From Ilumatobacteraceae bacterium (GTDB lineage Bacteria; Actinomycetota; Acidimicrobiia; Acidimicrobiales; Ilumatobacteraceae), in contig CAVPUO010000005.1 in NCBI GenBank assembly GCA_963708925.1, forward strand, positions 170,435 to 234,434: a DNA stretch of 64,000 nt. The letters are read 5' to 3'. Below, piece by piece: positions 11,887 to 22,793 of the stretch. The position numbers and the translations under genes are program-made. Each line of letters starts with the position of its first letter. Position 1 is the stretch's first letter. The notes beneath the pieces were generated by a model that was not told the origin of the DNA, did not search any database, and saw only the letters and a program-made list of their open reading frames with translations.

Positions 11887-12558
11887 GTGAACGAGATGGT
11901 GATCGCGGTCGATGTCGATGGGACGCTGTACGACGGTGTCGGTGTCGACGACCTGGCAGTCGCTGCGCTGCGCCGGGCGAGGGCCGACGGGCACACGATC
12001 GTCATCGTCACCGGCCGGCGCTGGGAGGAATTGGGTCACGTCGTGCCGACCGTGGTCGAGCTCACCGACCGAGTCGTCTGCGAGGAAGGCGGCGTGATGG
12101 TCGACGTCAACAGTGGACAGATCACCCTGCTGGCCGATGCCGTCGAGCCACACCTGCTTGCCGCTCTCGTCGCTGCAGAGGTACCAGGACTCGACGTCGG
12201 TCATGTGGTGATCGGAGCACCGACCGCATGGCTCGACGTCGTCACCGAGGTGCGCGACAGCGTGCACAGCAACAGGGTGATCATCACCAACAAGGGCTCG
12301 ATCGCGTTGACCCCAGCAGGCTGCAACAAGGCGTCGGGATTCCGCGCCGCGATCGCCGACCTCGACCTCGGTGGCCGCTCGATCCTGGCAATCGGTGACG
12401 CAGCGAACGACCTGCCCATGTTCGGCATCGCCGACGTCGGTGTCGGTGTCGCTAACGCTGACGACGCTGTGCGAGCTTCCGGCGTGCCGCTGACCACGGC
12501 CAGTTTCGGGTCCGGCGTCGCGGAGGCTCTTCATCGCTTTGTTCCGGCGGCGGATTAG
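11887..12558 (+). CDS. HAD-IIB (Cof/OtsB-like) sugar-phosphate phosphatase
   Basis: Intact 223-aa ORF with IAVDVDGTLYD (DxD motif), VTGRRW and AIGDAANDLPMF. Divergent from otsA with a 118-bp shared intergenic region. Confidence 0.7.
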   Translation: MNEMVIAVDVDGTLYDGVGVDDLAVAALRRARADGHTIVIVTGRRWEELGHVVPTVVELTDRVVCEEGGVMVDVNSGQITLLADAVEPHLLAALVAAEVPGLDVGHVVIGAPTAWLDVVTEVRDSVHSNRVIITNKGSIALTPAGCNKASGFRAAIADLDLGGRSILAIGDAANDLPMFGIADVGVGVANADDAVRASGVPLTTASFGSGVAEALHRFVPAAD

Positions 12559-14699
12559 CCGCACCGTTGGTCTCGCCCAACGTGGGCAATGGTTGATCGA
12601 CGAGCAGCTCACGAACGCTGGCAACACCGTCGTCGACACGCACGTTGAAACGCCGGTCGACCAGGCGAACGCCGGCGAACAACAGGTCGTCCTCGATCGC
12701 ACCTGGGATCGGATCGACCTTCAAACCGACGACGTCGTCCGGCTCGAGGCCCAACATGATCCGCAGCAACAGGAAGGGAGTCGCCGCCGCCCACGCCTGA
12801 GGTGAGCACGACGTGGGGAACGGAATCGGTGTCTCGACATCCACACGATCGAGCCCGCTGAACAGCTCCGGCAATCGGCCCTGCCAGGCTTCTGACGCGG
12901 CGAGCAGACCGTTGGCGACGATCAGCGCTTCCGAAGCGAAGCCATACGCCTTCAGCCCCGCCGCGCACAGCGCGCCATCGTGCGGCCAGACGGTGCCGCA
13001 GTGGTAGCTCATCGGGTCGTACGCCTGCTCGTCGTCGGCGAGGGTGCGAATCCCCCAGCCATTCCACATCTGTGGTGACATCAGACGCTCGGCGACCAAC
13101 GCGGCGCGGTCGTCGTCGACGATGCCGCTCCACAGGCAATGCCCCATGTTGGAGGTCAGCGAGTCGACTGGCTCCTTGTCGGGCCCGAGGGCGACTGCGT
13201 ACCACCCGTGCTCCTCGAGCCAGAAGTCCCGGTTGAACCTCGCCTTCAGCTCCTTGGCCATCTGCGAATGGCGCGCCGCCACGTCCGGTATCGCCCAGCC
13301 GAACAGCGATCGCAGCGCGGGCTCGATGTGCGGCGTAGGCGTAGCCCTGCACTTCGCACAGGGCCAGCGGGGCTTCGGCGACCCGGCCGTCGCGATAGCG
13401 GATGCCGTCGTTCGAGTCCTTCCAGCCCTGGTTCGTGCAGCCCTCGGTCGGAGGTCTTCAGATACTCGATGTACCCGTCGCCGTCGCGGTCGCCGTACTG
13501 CTCCATCCACTGCAGCGCGCGATCCGCGTGGGGGATGAGCCTGCGCAACGAGTCCTCGTCGAGCCCCCACCGACTGAGCTCGCCGAGCAGCACGACGAAG
13601 AGCGGCGTTGCATCGGCAGAGCCGTAGTACGTGCTGCCACCGGTGAGTGTCGGCTCGTCGACGCCGAGGTACCGGGTCTCGTGCATGATGCGCCCGGGCT
13701 CTTCCTCCGTGATCAGATCCAGCTGCGTTGCCCTGCAATTCGGCGAGCGCCTCGAGCACGCCGATGGCCAAGCGTCGGGTCGATCGGCAACGCCATGTAT
13801 GCACTGATGAGCGCGTCGCGGCCGAACAGTGTCATGTACCACGGCGCCCCGGCGGCGATCACGGGTTTGCGCCGACCCGTGGGATCGTGCAAACGCAGCG
13901 CGCCGATGTCTTCGATCGATCGGTCGAAAGCTGCGCTGAGCTGACGATTGGCGGATCGCAACTTCGGAACCGACGACAGCCATCCCTCGTTTCGCTTGTT
14001 TGCGTTGGGGAGGTTGGGATGGTGATGGCGCCGTTCGATCCACGAGCTGCCGAGAGCCACGGTGAGGTCGAGCTGCAACATGCACACGGCGTGACGCTCG
14101 ATGGTGACATTCCAGACGAAGCCGTGCGTCGACACGCTGACCGGTGGACCGTCGACGCTGAGCTCGGCCTGGCGATGGACGTCGCCGAGCCGCCAGCCGA
14201 ACAGCAAGCTGTGGTCCTTGACCTCCAACGAGTGCTCGCCCTCGCTGCTGGGCCGCCCTTCTTTGATCGCGAAGACATCGGCGAAGTCGGCGGCGACTTC
14301 GAGCTCCACGGTCGCCGACACCGTCTCCGCACTGGTGTTGCGCAGTTCGATCTGCTCGTGCCAGACCGACCCCAACTGGCGGCGGCGGACCACGAGTATC
14401 CGCGGATCGTTCTGGTGATGGGCAATCGATCTGCCGACGAACGTGCATCCGCTGGCATCCGAGAGGCTGACCGCCAGCGATTCGACCGTCCTGCCGCCGA
14501 CCAGCAGCCGGGCTTGGCTGAGCACGCGCATGTCGGCGAAGAACACGCCGTGTGTGGGGTTGGTGCTGAAGTCTCCCGACCGACCGCTGAGGCAGAAGGT
14601 CTGCCCATCGACGAGCGTGATGAGGCCGGTCGGGTCGCCGAGACTTGTCGGCTCGCTGGCGAGCACCCACGGACTGGGCTGCGAATGTCCGGCGTTCAT
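12452..14699 (-). pseudogene. Amylo-alpha-1,6-glucosidase / glycogen-debranching-enzyme-like protein (GDE_N + GDE_C), about 4 frame hops; 3' end uncertain
   Basis: The N-terminal part is ORF 13713..14699. Then come EEEPGRIMHETR...DGDGYIEY (frame of 14940), NQGWKDSNDGIRYRDGRVAEAPLALCEVQGYAYAAH (hand translation, frame of 13352), then WLEEHGWYAVAL...YHCGTVWPHD...SCSPQAWAAA (frame of 13804). Hops are near 13770, 13730, 13435 and 13325. The tail overlaps the HAD gene, so the stop at 12452 is doubtful. Confidence 0.75.
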
Positions 14700-16385
14700 T
14701 GCTCCATCCTGGTCGACAGGCGCACCTCAGCGTACTGCGGTCGCCATTTGCGGGCCTCGACCGCGGCGACGATCTGCTCGTCGCCGAGTGGTTGGGCGAG
14801 GCCCTCGGCCACCGCTTGTCTGGCCACCGCCAGCGCGACCGCATCGGCCACCTCTCCCACTTGTGCGAGTGAAGGCAGCAACGTCGCCGGCACCGTGAGG
14901 TCCCTGGGTGCGATCGATCCAATAGCCGTCGCGGCCGCACTCAGCATCGTGTCGCTCACCTCGGAAGCCCGGACGGCGATCACGCCGCGCCCGAGGCCCG
15001 GGAACAGATAGAGGTTGTTGACCTGCGTCACTGGGTGATACCGGGCACCGACCAGCGTCGCCGGAAACGGGCTCCCCGTTCCGACCAACGCTCGACCGTC
15101 GGTCCAGGTGAGCACATCCGCCGGAATGCACTCTGCCCGCGGCGTCGGGTTCGACAACGGCAGCACGATCGGACGAACGTTGCCGTCGGCCTGGGCGCGG
15201 ATGACGGCTTCGGTGAACACGCCGGGCTGGCCGGTGACCCCGACCAGCGCGTGCGGCTCGACGTGCCGAACGACCTCCAGCAACGACACGTGGCCATCGC
15301 TGTCGGCGAGCTCGGCGATCGATTCCCACGGCCGGATGAAGTCCGCTTGGAAATCGTGCACGTCTTCGAGTCGATCGTGTAGCAACCCGTCCCGGTCGAC
15401 GAGCCAGCACCGCTGTCGAGCCTCTTCGATGGGCACGCCGGCCGAGACGAGCGCCCCGACCGCTTGCCGGGCGATGCCGACGCCGGCGGACCCGGCCCCG
15501 ACGATCACGACGCGGACGTCGGCGAGCGGCGTCGCGCTGATGCGCATGCCTCCGACGATCGCCGCGACAGCGACGGCCGCCGTGCCTTGGATGTCGTCGT
15601 TGAACGAACAGATCCGGTGGCGATGGGCATTGAGCAATCGGTTGGCGTTGCGTTGAGCGAAGTCCTCCCACTGCAGCAGCACGCCCGGGCAACGATCGTG
15701 GAGCGCTGTCACGAACGCATCGACCAACTCGTCGTACTCCGCATCGCGCAAGCGATGATGCCGCCAACCGAGGTACAACGGGTCGGACAGCAACGCCTCG
15801 TTCTCCGTTCCGACGTCGAGGAACACCGGCAGTGTGCGCTCAGGGTCGACACCGCCGACAGCGGTGTAGAGGGCGAGTTTTCCGATCGGAATCCCCATGC
15901 CGCCGACACCGAGGTCGCCGAGGCCGAGGATGCGCTCGCCGTCGGTGACGACGACGACATCGATGCCCGTGTCGGGGTCGCCGGCGGTGGGCGACAGCGC
16001 GTTGTCGAGCAACTCCGGAATGCGGTGCCGATCGGGCCAGGCCACGTAGAGACCGTGTTCGCGACGGTAGGTGCGTGACCATTCCTGGCAGGCGAGCCCG
16101 ACCGTCGGTGTGTAGACGATGGGCAACAGCTCCTCGAGGTTGTCGACGAGGAACCGGTAGAAGAGCACCGAGTTGGTCGCCTGCACAGCCCGCAGGAAGA
16201 TGTGGCGGGCGAGGTCGCCATGGGCCGCGTCGAACTCGGCTCCTGACGCGATCCAACTGCGTGCCGAGGTCTTCGACCACCGGCGGCAACAGCCCGTTCA
16301 GACGGTACGCGTCGCGTTCTTCGGCGGTGAATGCTGTGCCTTTGTTGTGATACCTGTTGGCGAGCAATTGACGGCCAACGAGCAC
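14696..16385 (-). pseudogene. NAD(P)-dependent malic enzyme, one frame hop near 16250
   Basis: The N-terminus NRYHNKGTAFTAEERD is in ORF 15840..16385. Then come FYRFLVDNLEELLPIVYTPTVGLACQEW, FNDDIQGTAAV and VGAGSAGVGIA in ORF 14696..16186. Its stop TGA overlaps the ATG of the GDE-like gene (ATGA). Confidence 0.85.
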
Positions 16386-16454
16386 GGTCCGAAGCTACCA
16401 GGCACGCTCCGGCGACCATCTTGCTCGCGACGGACCACGAACTACATTGAGGAC

Positions 16455-17060
16455 ATGCCCAGCACCACCGTCCCCGGAAGCCACGCCCGCGCCGTACGAG
16501 TCAACGCCGGCGAGACCGTGCGGGTCGTCAACACCCACGGCACGCAAGTCGTCGACTTCTGGGCCTTACGCGCCGATCGTCCGGAGATCGCGATGTCGAT
16601 GCAGCACTCGCGGATCGGCTGGCGCAACCTGCGGCCACGCGCCGGCGACGAGATGCTCGACGAGGAGCGCAACGTCATCATGACGATGGTCGAGGACACC
16701 AGCCCGGGCGTCCACGACACCGTGATCGCGGCATGCGACCCATTCCGGTATGCCCAGCTCGGCGCCCCGCCCGATCATCGATCGTGCTGCACCAACTTCG
16801 CCGAAGCGTTGGCCGATCTGTCGATCACGCGCAGCTCTCCCGTGCCGGCTCCGTTGAACCTGTTCATGAACATCCCGTGGGACCTCGATGGCAACATCTC
16901 GTTCGAACCGACGGTGTCCGCACCGGGCGACAGCGTGCTGTTCCGCGCCGAAGTAGACACGATCGTCGTCGCGTCCGCGTGCCCGCAGGACATCGTGCCG
17001 ATCAACGGCCCCGGCGGCGGCACACCGGTCGATGTCGAGCTGATCAGTTCGGCTGGATGA
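16455..17060 (+). CDS. DUF1989 (urea-carboxylase-associated) family protein
   Basis: Starts MPSTTVPGSHARAVRVNAGETVRVVNTHGTQVVDFWA, with later ACDPFRYAQLG and CCTNFAEAL. ATG at 16455. Intact. Confidence 0.7.
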   Translation: MPSTTVPGSHARAVRVNAGETVRVVNTHGTQVVDFWALRADRPEIAMSMQHSRIGWRNLRPRAGDEMLDEERNVIMTMVEDTSPGVHDTVIAACDPFRYAQLGAPPDHRSCCTNFAEALADLSITRSSPVPAPLNLFMNIPWDLDGNISFEPTVSAPGDSVLFRAEVDTIVVASACPQDIVPINGPGGGTPVDVELISSAG

Positions 17061-18880
17061 CACCTTCGAGATCGATCACCACGTCGGTCGCCACGCTGCT
17101 GAACACACAGAACTGACTGGAGCCTGCGGTCGAGACGAGGGCGCGGTTGGCAACGATCGCGCCGGCGACGAAGTTGACGTTGGAGACCGTGGGAACGGTC
17201 GCACCGCACGGATACAACGTCAGGAACCCGTCCAGCGATGGGTCGACAGCGGTGACGTTGACGATGGCTGCGACCCCCACGACGCCGACCTGCACGGGCA
17301 GGGTCTGACCCGCGGTGAGCCGATCGGTCTGGCGCGTGTCGATGATGCGGACCGGGTCGACTGCACTCGCTGATCCACCTGTCGGGCTGTGCGTCGCCTG
17401 TAGATCGACGATCACATCGGTGCCGGTGCTGGCGTACACGCACAGCTGGTGATCGCCCAACGACACGGTGGTCGAGGCGGCGACGTTGCGCCCGGTGGTG
17501 ACATTGAGGTTCGACGTCGTCGGTGGGAGCGCGATGGTGGCGCAAGGGCCCGGTAGCACGCTGACAAACCCGGCACCCGAGGGGTCGGCTGCCGTGACAT
17601 TCACGGTCGCTGCTGTTGCCGTCGGGTCTGCGGCGAGAACGGGACCGAGATCGACGGTCAGCACTTGACCCGCGCCGAGTCGTTGCTGGGGAGCCGTCAA
17701 GGCTTGCCGCTGACCCGGCCGGGTGTCGACCAATCGAACTGGATCCATTGGGGTCGTTCGCAACCCGGCGGGGCCGATCCATCCGCTGACGTCGACGAGC
17801 ACGTCAGTCGTCTGCGACGCGTACACGCACAGCGAGCCTTCGCCCAGACGGACCACCGCCGAGTTGGCAACGGTCGACAGCGCGTCCGCATTCACCGTCG
17901 ACGCGAACAGGGAGCGTCGTGCCACACGGGAACGCTGTCAGGAACGTGTCGGCGCACGGCTCGACCGCCGTGACGGAGACGACCACCGCAGTCGCGTCGA
18001 GCGGTATGCCGTTGGCACCGGCCATCGGCACGCTCAACATGCGTCCGCCACCGAGCTTGCCGGCCAGATCTCGAGTGTCGACGGCGCGTACCGGTCGGGC
18101 CAGCAGGTTGAGACCTCCCGATGTCGGGACGGTGTTGCTGACGCCGCTGGGCACTTCGGTGCCCGACAACACTTCGCTGGTGCAGCGCGCTGGACCGAGC
18201 GCGTCGAGTGCGTCGCCGATCAGTTCACCCATCGCCGCGGACGCCTGTCCACCGAGATGGATCCCGTCGGCGGAGAACCAACTCGCCGGCATCCCAGCGC
18301 TCCGCGTCGCCCAGTCGGCGATCACCAATTCCGGGTCGGTGCGGCTCCGAAGGATCGCGTTGCTCTGTCGGAATCGCTCCGCGTTTCCCGCGCCGCCCGC
18401 CTCGCGGTAGGTCAACCAGATCACATGGGCGATGCCTTGCCGGCGAGCCTCGGCGAGCATCACATCGACGGCTGCGCCGACGCCGAACTCGCCGTTGGGT
18501 GGATCGTCGTACCCGGCTGCGACCACCAGCGCACGGTCGTACTGACCGGCGCGCGAGCGCAGCACGGTGATCGCGTTCGTCGGGGCCGAGCCCGGCGGAA
18601 TCCGACAGCTGGTGGTGATCAGCCGCCTGCATCCGGCGCTGTCGAGGATGAACGAATGCCGGGCAGCCAGCGCTGCCCGACCGGCTGCGCTGTACGGCTG
18701 CGCCAACCCGTTGAGCACCGAGTCGCCGATCAACAATGCCTCGACCGGCGCCGTCGCCGCGTGGGTGACCTCCGGTCGGCTGCCGGGGAGAGGCGACACC
18801 ACGACAGCACCCAGTAGCGCCATGACCACGACGCGTGCCACATTCTGCAAAACACCTGGTCGTGCCACCATTTCTTGCAT
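17044..18880 (-). pseudogene. Secreted SGNH/GDSL-like hydrolase fused to three tandem repeat modules of about 100 aa each, one frame hop near 17900
   Basis: Signal-like N-terminus (VVVMALLGAVVVS). GDS motif LLIGDSVLNG and later ADGIHLG. Three modules each carry P-VR-x-DTR ... VNVTAV ... Y/LP-CG ... SN-N ... C-Y/F ... D-x-G (ORFs 17804..18880 and 17044..17925). Confidence 0.7.
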
Positions 18881-19017
18881 TTCAAGACACCTTAGCCTTG
18901 GGTCTTCAGTCCTACGCCGATTGACCTATTGGCCGCAGCCCGCGTCTTCCTTACGATTCGAGTACGGGGCCGGTGCCTGACAACACCGGCGGGACAATTC
19001 GGGACGGAAAACTGAGA

Positions 19018-20381
19018 TGAGTACGACGAAGGCGTTGGCTGTCGTGGCTGTCAGCCATCAGCGCGCTCCTTAGGGATCCTCGAACAGGTCAATCTCGATT
19101 CCGAGGGATGCGCCGCACTGGCGCGTTTGCTCACCGCGATCGACGGAATCAGCGAAGCAGTCGTCGTGTCGACCTGCAATCGCACCGAGCTGTATCTCGC
19201 CGGCGATGCACCCGACGCAATTGCCGCCGTCACCGCACTGACGATCCACGTCGGCGCTCGCCCCGGTTCACTCGACGAGTACGTGCGTCACGCTGCCGGG
19301 TGCAATGCCGCGTTGCATCTCTTCCGGGTCGCGGCAGGACTCGAGTCGCGCGTCGCCGGTGAACGCGAGATCCTCGGACAACTCAGGTCGGCAATCGCCG
19401 TTGCGCGTGAAGCCGGCACGGTCGGTTCACATCTGGATTGCATGTTCCGTTCAGGGATCGCTGTCGGCCGACGCGCACAGCAAACAGATCCGGATGCGCC
19501 TTCGTTGTTGCCCCAGCTCGGTCTCAACGCAGCGCACATCGACGAGACGCAAGCCGGCGGACTGACCGTCGTGATGGGTGCCGGACAGATGGCAGCGGCG
19601 ACCGTCCGCGAGTTGGTCGCCCGCGGCATGGACTACGTCGTATGTGCTCGCCGACAGGAGCGCGCCGCCGTGCTCGCTTCACGACCCGAGCAAGTCGTGG
19701 CCTTCGACGAACTGCACGCTGTTCTCGATCGCGCCGATGTCGTCGTGTGCGCCACCGGTGCCCGGACGCCTCTCCTCACCGGGGCAGACGCCGAGTTGGC
19801 GATGGCGCGACGCCGCCGGGCGCCCCCTCGTCATCGTCGACCTCTCATTGCCGAGAAACGTCGACCCCGCTGCAGGACGCGTGCCCGGGCTGCGCCTCCT
19901 CGACCTCGAGGATCTCGTCTCCGGTAGTTCTGTTGTCGAGCTTCGTCGCCGCACCGAGATCATCGACGAGGAGTTCGATCGCTTCAGCTCGTGGCTTGCC
20001 GGGCAGCATGCCGGGCACATGATCGCCGCATTGCACAGCGGCGTGTATGCGCAGTGCCGCGAGGCGCTGTCGACCAGTCTCGACGTCGGCATCGTCGCCA
20101 CGACGATCGAAGCAGCGGCGCGCAGCGTTGCCGGAAGGTTGCTACACGCACCCACGATGAACCTCAAGGCAATGATGGCCAAGGGTGACGAAGCCGGCGC
20201 TGCCGCAATCCTTGCCGCGTTCGGCATCACCGGTTGGCAACAGCCTGCGAAGCACGACGAGGTCGCACCGAGAGGTCTCGACCTCCGTCCGGTCAGGCTC
20301 GCCGGCCAGCCCGGTCATCGACGCCACGAGGTCGGTCGGGTTCGCCGACGCACGCCCTCGGGCTCACGACTGGCCAGTTGA
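19018..20381 (+). pseudogene. hemA: Glutamyl-tRNA reductase, 2 frame hops (near 19070 and 19815); 3' end uncertain
   Basis: ATG at 19018 gives MSTTKALAVVAVSHQRAP and then TAG. One frame over the protein continues LGILEQVNLD...AVVVSTCNRTELY...HLFRVAAGLESRVAGEREILGQ. After a second hop it reads PLVIVDLSLPRNVDP. The Arg-rich tail suggests the true stop is earlier than 20381. Confidence 0.8.
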
Positions 20382-20452
20382 TTCGAGACAGATCGACGCG
20401 GTGCGCATTCACCGCTGCCCGCAGCCCTCAGTGTGCGTAGGGTTGCGTTTTG

Positions 20453-22096
20453 ATGAGCCAGGCCGACGTCCTCACCGTTGAGGCTCGTCAGTCTCCGTGG
20501 TCGCCGCTGAAGTACCCGGTGTTCCGGGCGCTGTTCATCGCCCAGCTCGCGTCGAACATCGGCACGTTGATGCAGAACGTCGGGTCGGCGTGGCTGATGG
20601 GCGATCTCGGCGCGTCGGCGTTCCTGATCGCGCTCGTGCCGACGGCGAGCATGCTCCCGGTGTTGATCGTCGGCTTGCCCGGCGGCGCGCTCGCCGACAT
20701 CTTCGACAGGCGCCGGCTGTTGATCGGCGGCCAGTTGTGGATGCTCGCGTGCGCGGCGTTGCTCGCCGTGTTGACGTTTGCCGACGTCGTCACGCCGGCC
20801 AGCCTGCTGGCCCTCACTTTCGGTCTCGGTCTCGGCTCGGCGCTCACCTTCCCGGCGTTCCAAGCCATCCAGCCCGATCTCGTTCCGCCCAGCGAGTTCC
20901 GTCAGGCCTTCGCTCTGGGAACGTTCACCTTCAACGTCGGGCGAGCCATCGGTCCGGCCATCGGCGGCCTGGTCGTCGCGCTCGCCGGTCCGGCGTGGGT
21001 GTTCCTCCTCAACGCGGTGTCGTTCCTCGCGATCGTTGCTGTCCTGGTGTGGTGGCGGCGACCGCCGAAGAGCAACGACATGCCTGCGGAGACCTTCAGC
21101 GGGGCGATGCGGGCAGGCCTTCGGTACGCCGTCCATGCACCCTCCCTGCAAGCGGTGCTGATTCGCACGGCACTGTTCACGTTCCCGGCAGCCGCACTGC
21201 AGGCCTTGCTGCCGGTCGTGGCACGCAGCCGCCTGCACCTCACCAGTGGCGGGTACGGAGTGCTGCTGGGGTGCTTCGGCATCGGTGCCGCAGGCGCGGC
21301 CGTGATTCGTCCGAGGCTCGACGAACGATTTCATCACGACCAATTGCTCCTCGGATCCTCCGTGGCGCTCGCCGCTGCCTTGGTGGTGGAGGGAACGATC
21401 CAAACGAGGTGGGCCATCGGCCTGGCGATGCTCGTCGGTGGATTGGCGTGGGCTACGGCATTGACGAGCACCGGCGTGTCCGCATTCGCAGCGTTGCCGG
21501 AGTGGGTGCGCGCCCGCGGCATGGGCCTGTACATGCTCGTTCTGTCGGGGTCAGTCGCCTTCGGCAGCGCAGCCTGGGGCGCGCTCGCCGAATCGACATT
21601 GACCGGCGCGCACGTGATCGCCGCCGTGGCTCTCGTCGGGAGCGCAATCATCGGCGGACGGTGGCCATTGGGGTCGATCGCCCGTTTGGATCTGACGTTG
21701 CTCCCAACTGTCGATCCGACCGTCACCATCGTGCCGCACCCGACCGACGGGCCCGTCTTGGTGACCGTGACATACGACGTACCCGGCGAGGACGTGCACG
21801 AATTTGCGGATGCAATGCGCCTGGTGGAGGACCATCGGCGGCGCACTGGCGCTTACCGATGGGGACTGTTCCGCGACCTCGCCGCACCGGAGCAATTCAT
21901 CGAGACGTTCGTCGTCGAATCGTGGGGCGAGCACCTGCGCCAACATCGACGCATCACCGTCAATGGCGACCGCTTCCTCGAGCCGGTACGCCGCTACATC
22001 CGCGACGATGCGGATGTGGTGGTGACCCACTACCTGTCCGTGTACAGCGCAGCAGGCCAGAACCAGGTCGGCCACGATTGGCCGGAGACGATCTGA
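20453..22096 (+). CDS. MFS transporter (EntS/MFS_3-like) with C-terminal soluble extension
   Basis: Intact 547-aa ORF with about 12 hydrophobic segments (WSPLKYPVFRALFIAQLASNIGTLMQNVG...), then a soluble tail of about 120 aa (VTVTYDVPGEDVHEFADAMR...). Confidence 0.8.
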   Translation: MSQADVLTVEARQSPWSPLKYPVFRALFIAQLASNIGTLMQNVGSAWLMGDLGASAFLIALVPTASMLPVLIVGLPGGALADIFDRRRLLIGGQLWMLACAALLAVLTFADVVTPASLLALTFGLGLGSALTFPAFQAIQPDLVPPSEFRQAFALGTFTFNVGRAIGPAIGGLVVALAGPAWVFLLNAVSFLAIVAVLVWWRRPPKSNDMPAETFSGAMRAGLRYAVHAPSLQAVLIRTALFTFPAAALQALLPVVARSRLHLTSGGYGVLLGCFGIGAAGAAVIRPRLDERFHHDQLLLGSSVALAAALVVEGTIQTRWAIGLAMLVGGLAWATALTSTGVSAFAALPEWVRARGMGLYMLVLSGSVAFGSAAWGALAESTLTGAHVIAAVALVGSAIIGGRWPLGSIARLDLTLLPTVDPTVTIVPHPTDGPVLVTVTYDVPGEDVHEFADAMRLVEDHRRRTGAYRWGLFRDLAAPEQFIETFVVESWGEHLRQHRRITVNGDRFLEPVRRYIRDDADVVVTHYLSVYSAAGQNQVGHDWPETI

Positions 22097-22184
22097 TCGC
22101 TGAGTTTCTCGGTAAACCGGACAGCGATTGACCGGTTCAATCAGGCATAGTTGCTGGTATCCCGCTACCGAAGGAGACGTCGAG

Positions 22185-22778
22185 ATGCCCGGAGACACAC
22201 CAGCAGCCAAGGGCGAGCGCGCCAACCTGCTCGCCTGCCTCGAGCAGCAGCGCAACTGCATCCGACTGACAGCCTTCGGCCTCACCGACGCACAAGTTCG
22301 GGCGACTCCGACGGCGAGCGCGTTGAGCATCGGTGGTCTGCTCAAGCACACGGCGAGCGCCGAACGCAGCTGGATCGACAAGGTCGCGCTCGTCCCCCCG
22401 GAACCGTTCGACCCGTCCGGCTACGGCGACAGCTTCGTCATGCGTCCCGACGAGACGCTGCAGGATCTGCTCGATGCGAGCATCGAATGTGGTCGTTACA
22501 CCGAAGAGGTCATCGCCGGAGTTGCGGACCTCGGCCAAGACGTGCCGGTTCCCAAGGACGTGCCCTTCTTCCAGAAGGATCTCGATGCATGGGAGGTGCG
22601 CTGGGTGCTGTGCCACCTCATCGAAGAGCTTGCCCGGCACGCCGGCCATGCCGACATCATCAGAGAGCACATCGACGGCGGCACGATGCACGCGATCATG
22701 GCGACCGCCGAGAACTGGCCGGAGGAACCCTGGCTGCAGCACTGGAAGCCGACCGGCGACCAGGTCATCCCGACGTAA
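22185..22778 (+). CDS. DinB/DUF664 family protein
   Basis: AAGGAG lies 8 nt upstream of the ATG at 22185. Contains HLIEELARHAGHADIIRE, typical of the DUF664/DinB helical bundle. Confidence 0.75.
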   Translation: MPGDTPAAKGERANLLACLEQQRNCIRLTAFGLTDAQVRATPTASALSIGGLLKHTASAERSWIDKVALVPPEPFDPSGYGDSFVMRPDETLQDLLDASIECGRYTEEVIAGVADLGQDVPVPKDVPFFQKDLDAWEVRWVLCHLIEELARHAGHADIIREHIDGGTMHAIMATAENWPEEPWLQHWKPTGDQVIPT

Positions 22779-22793
22779 GACACGGGCCGCGGA

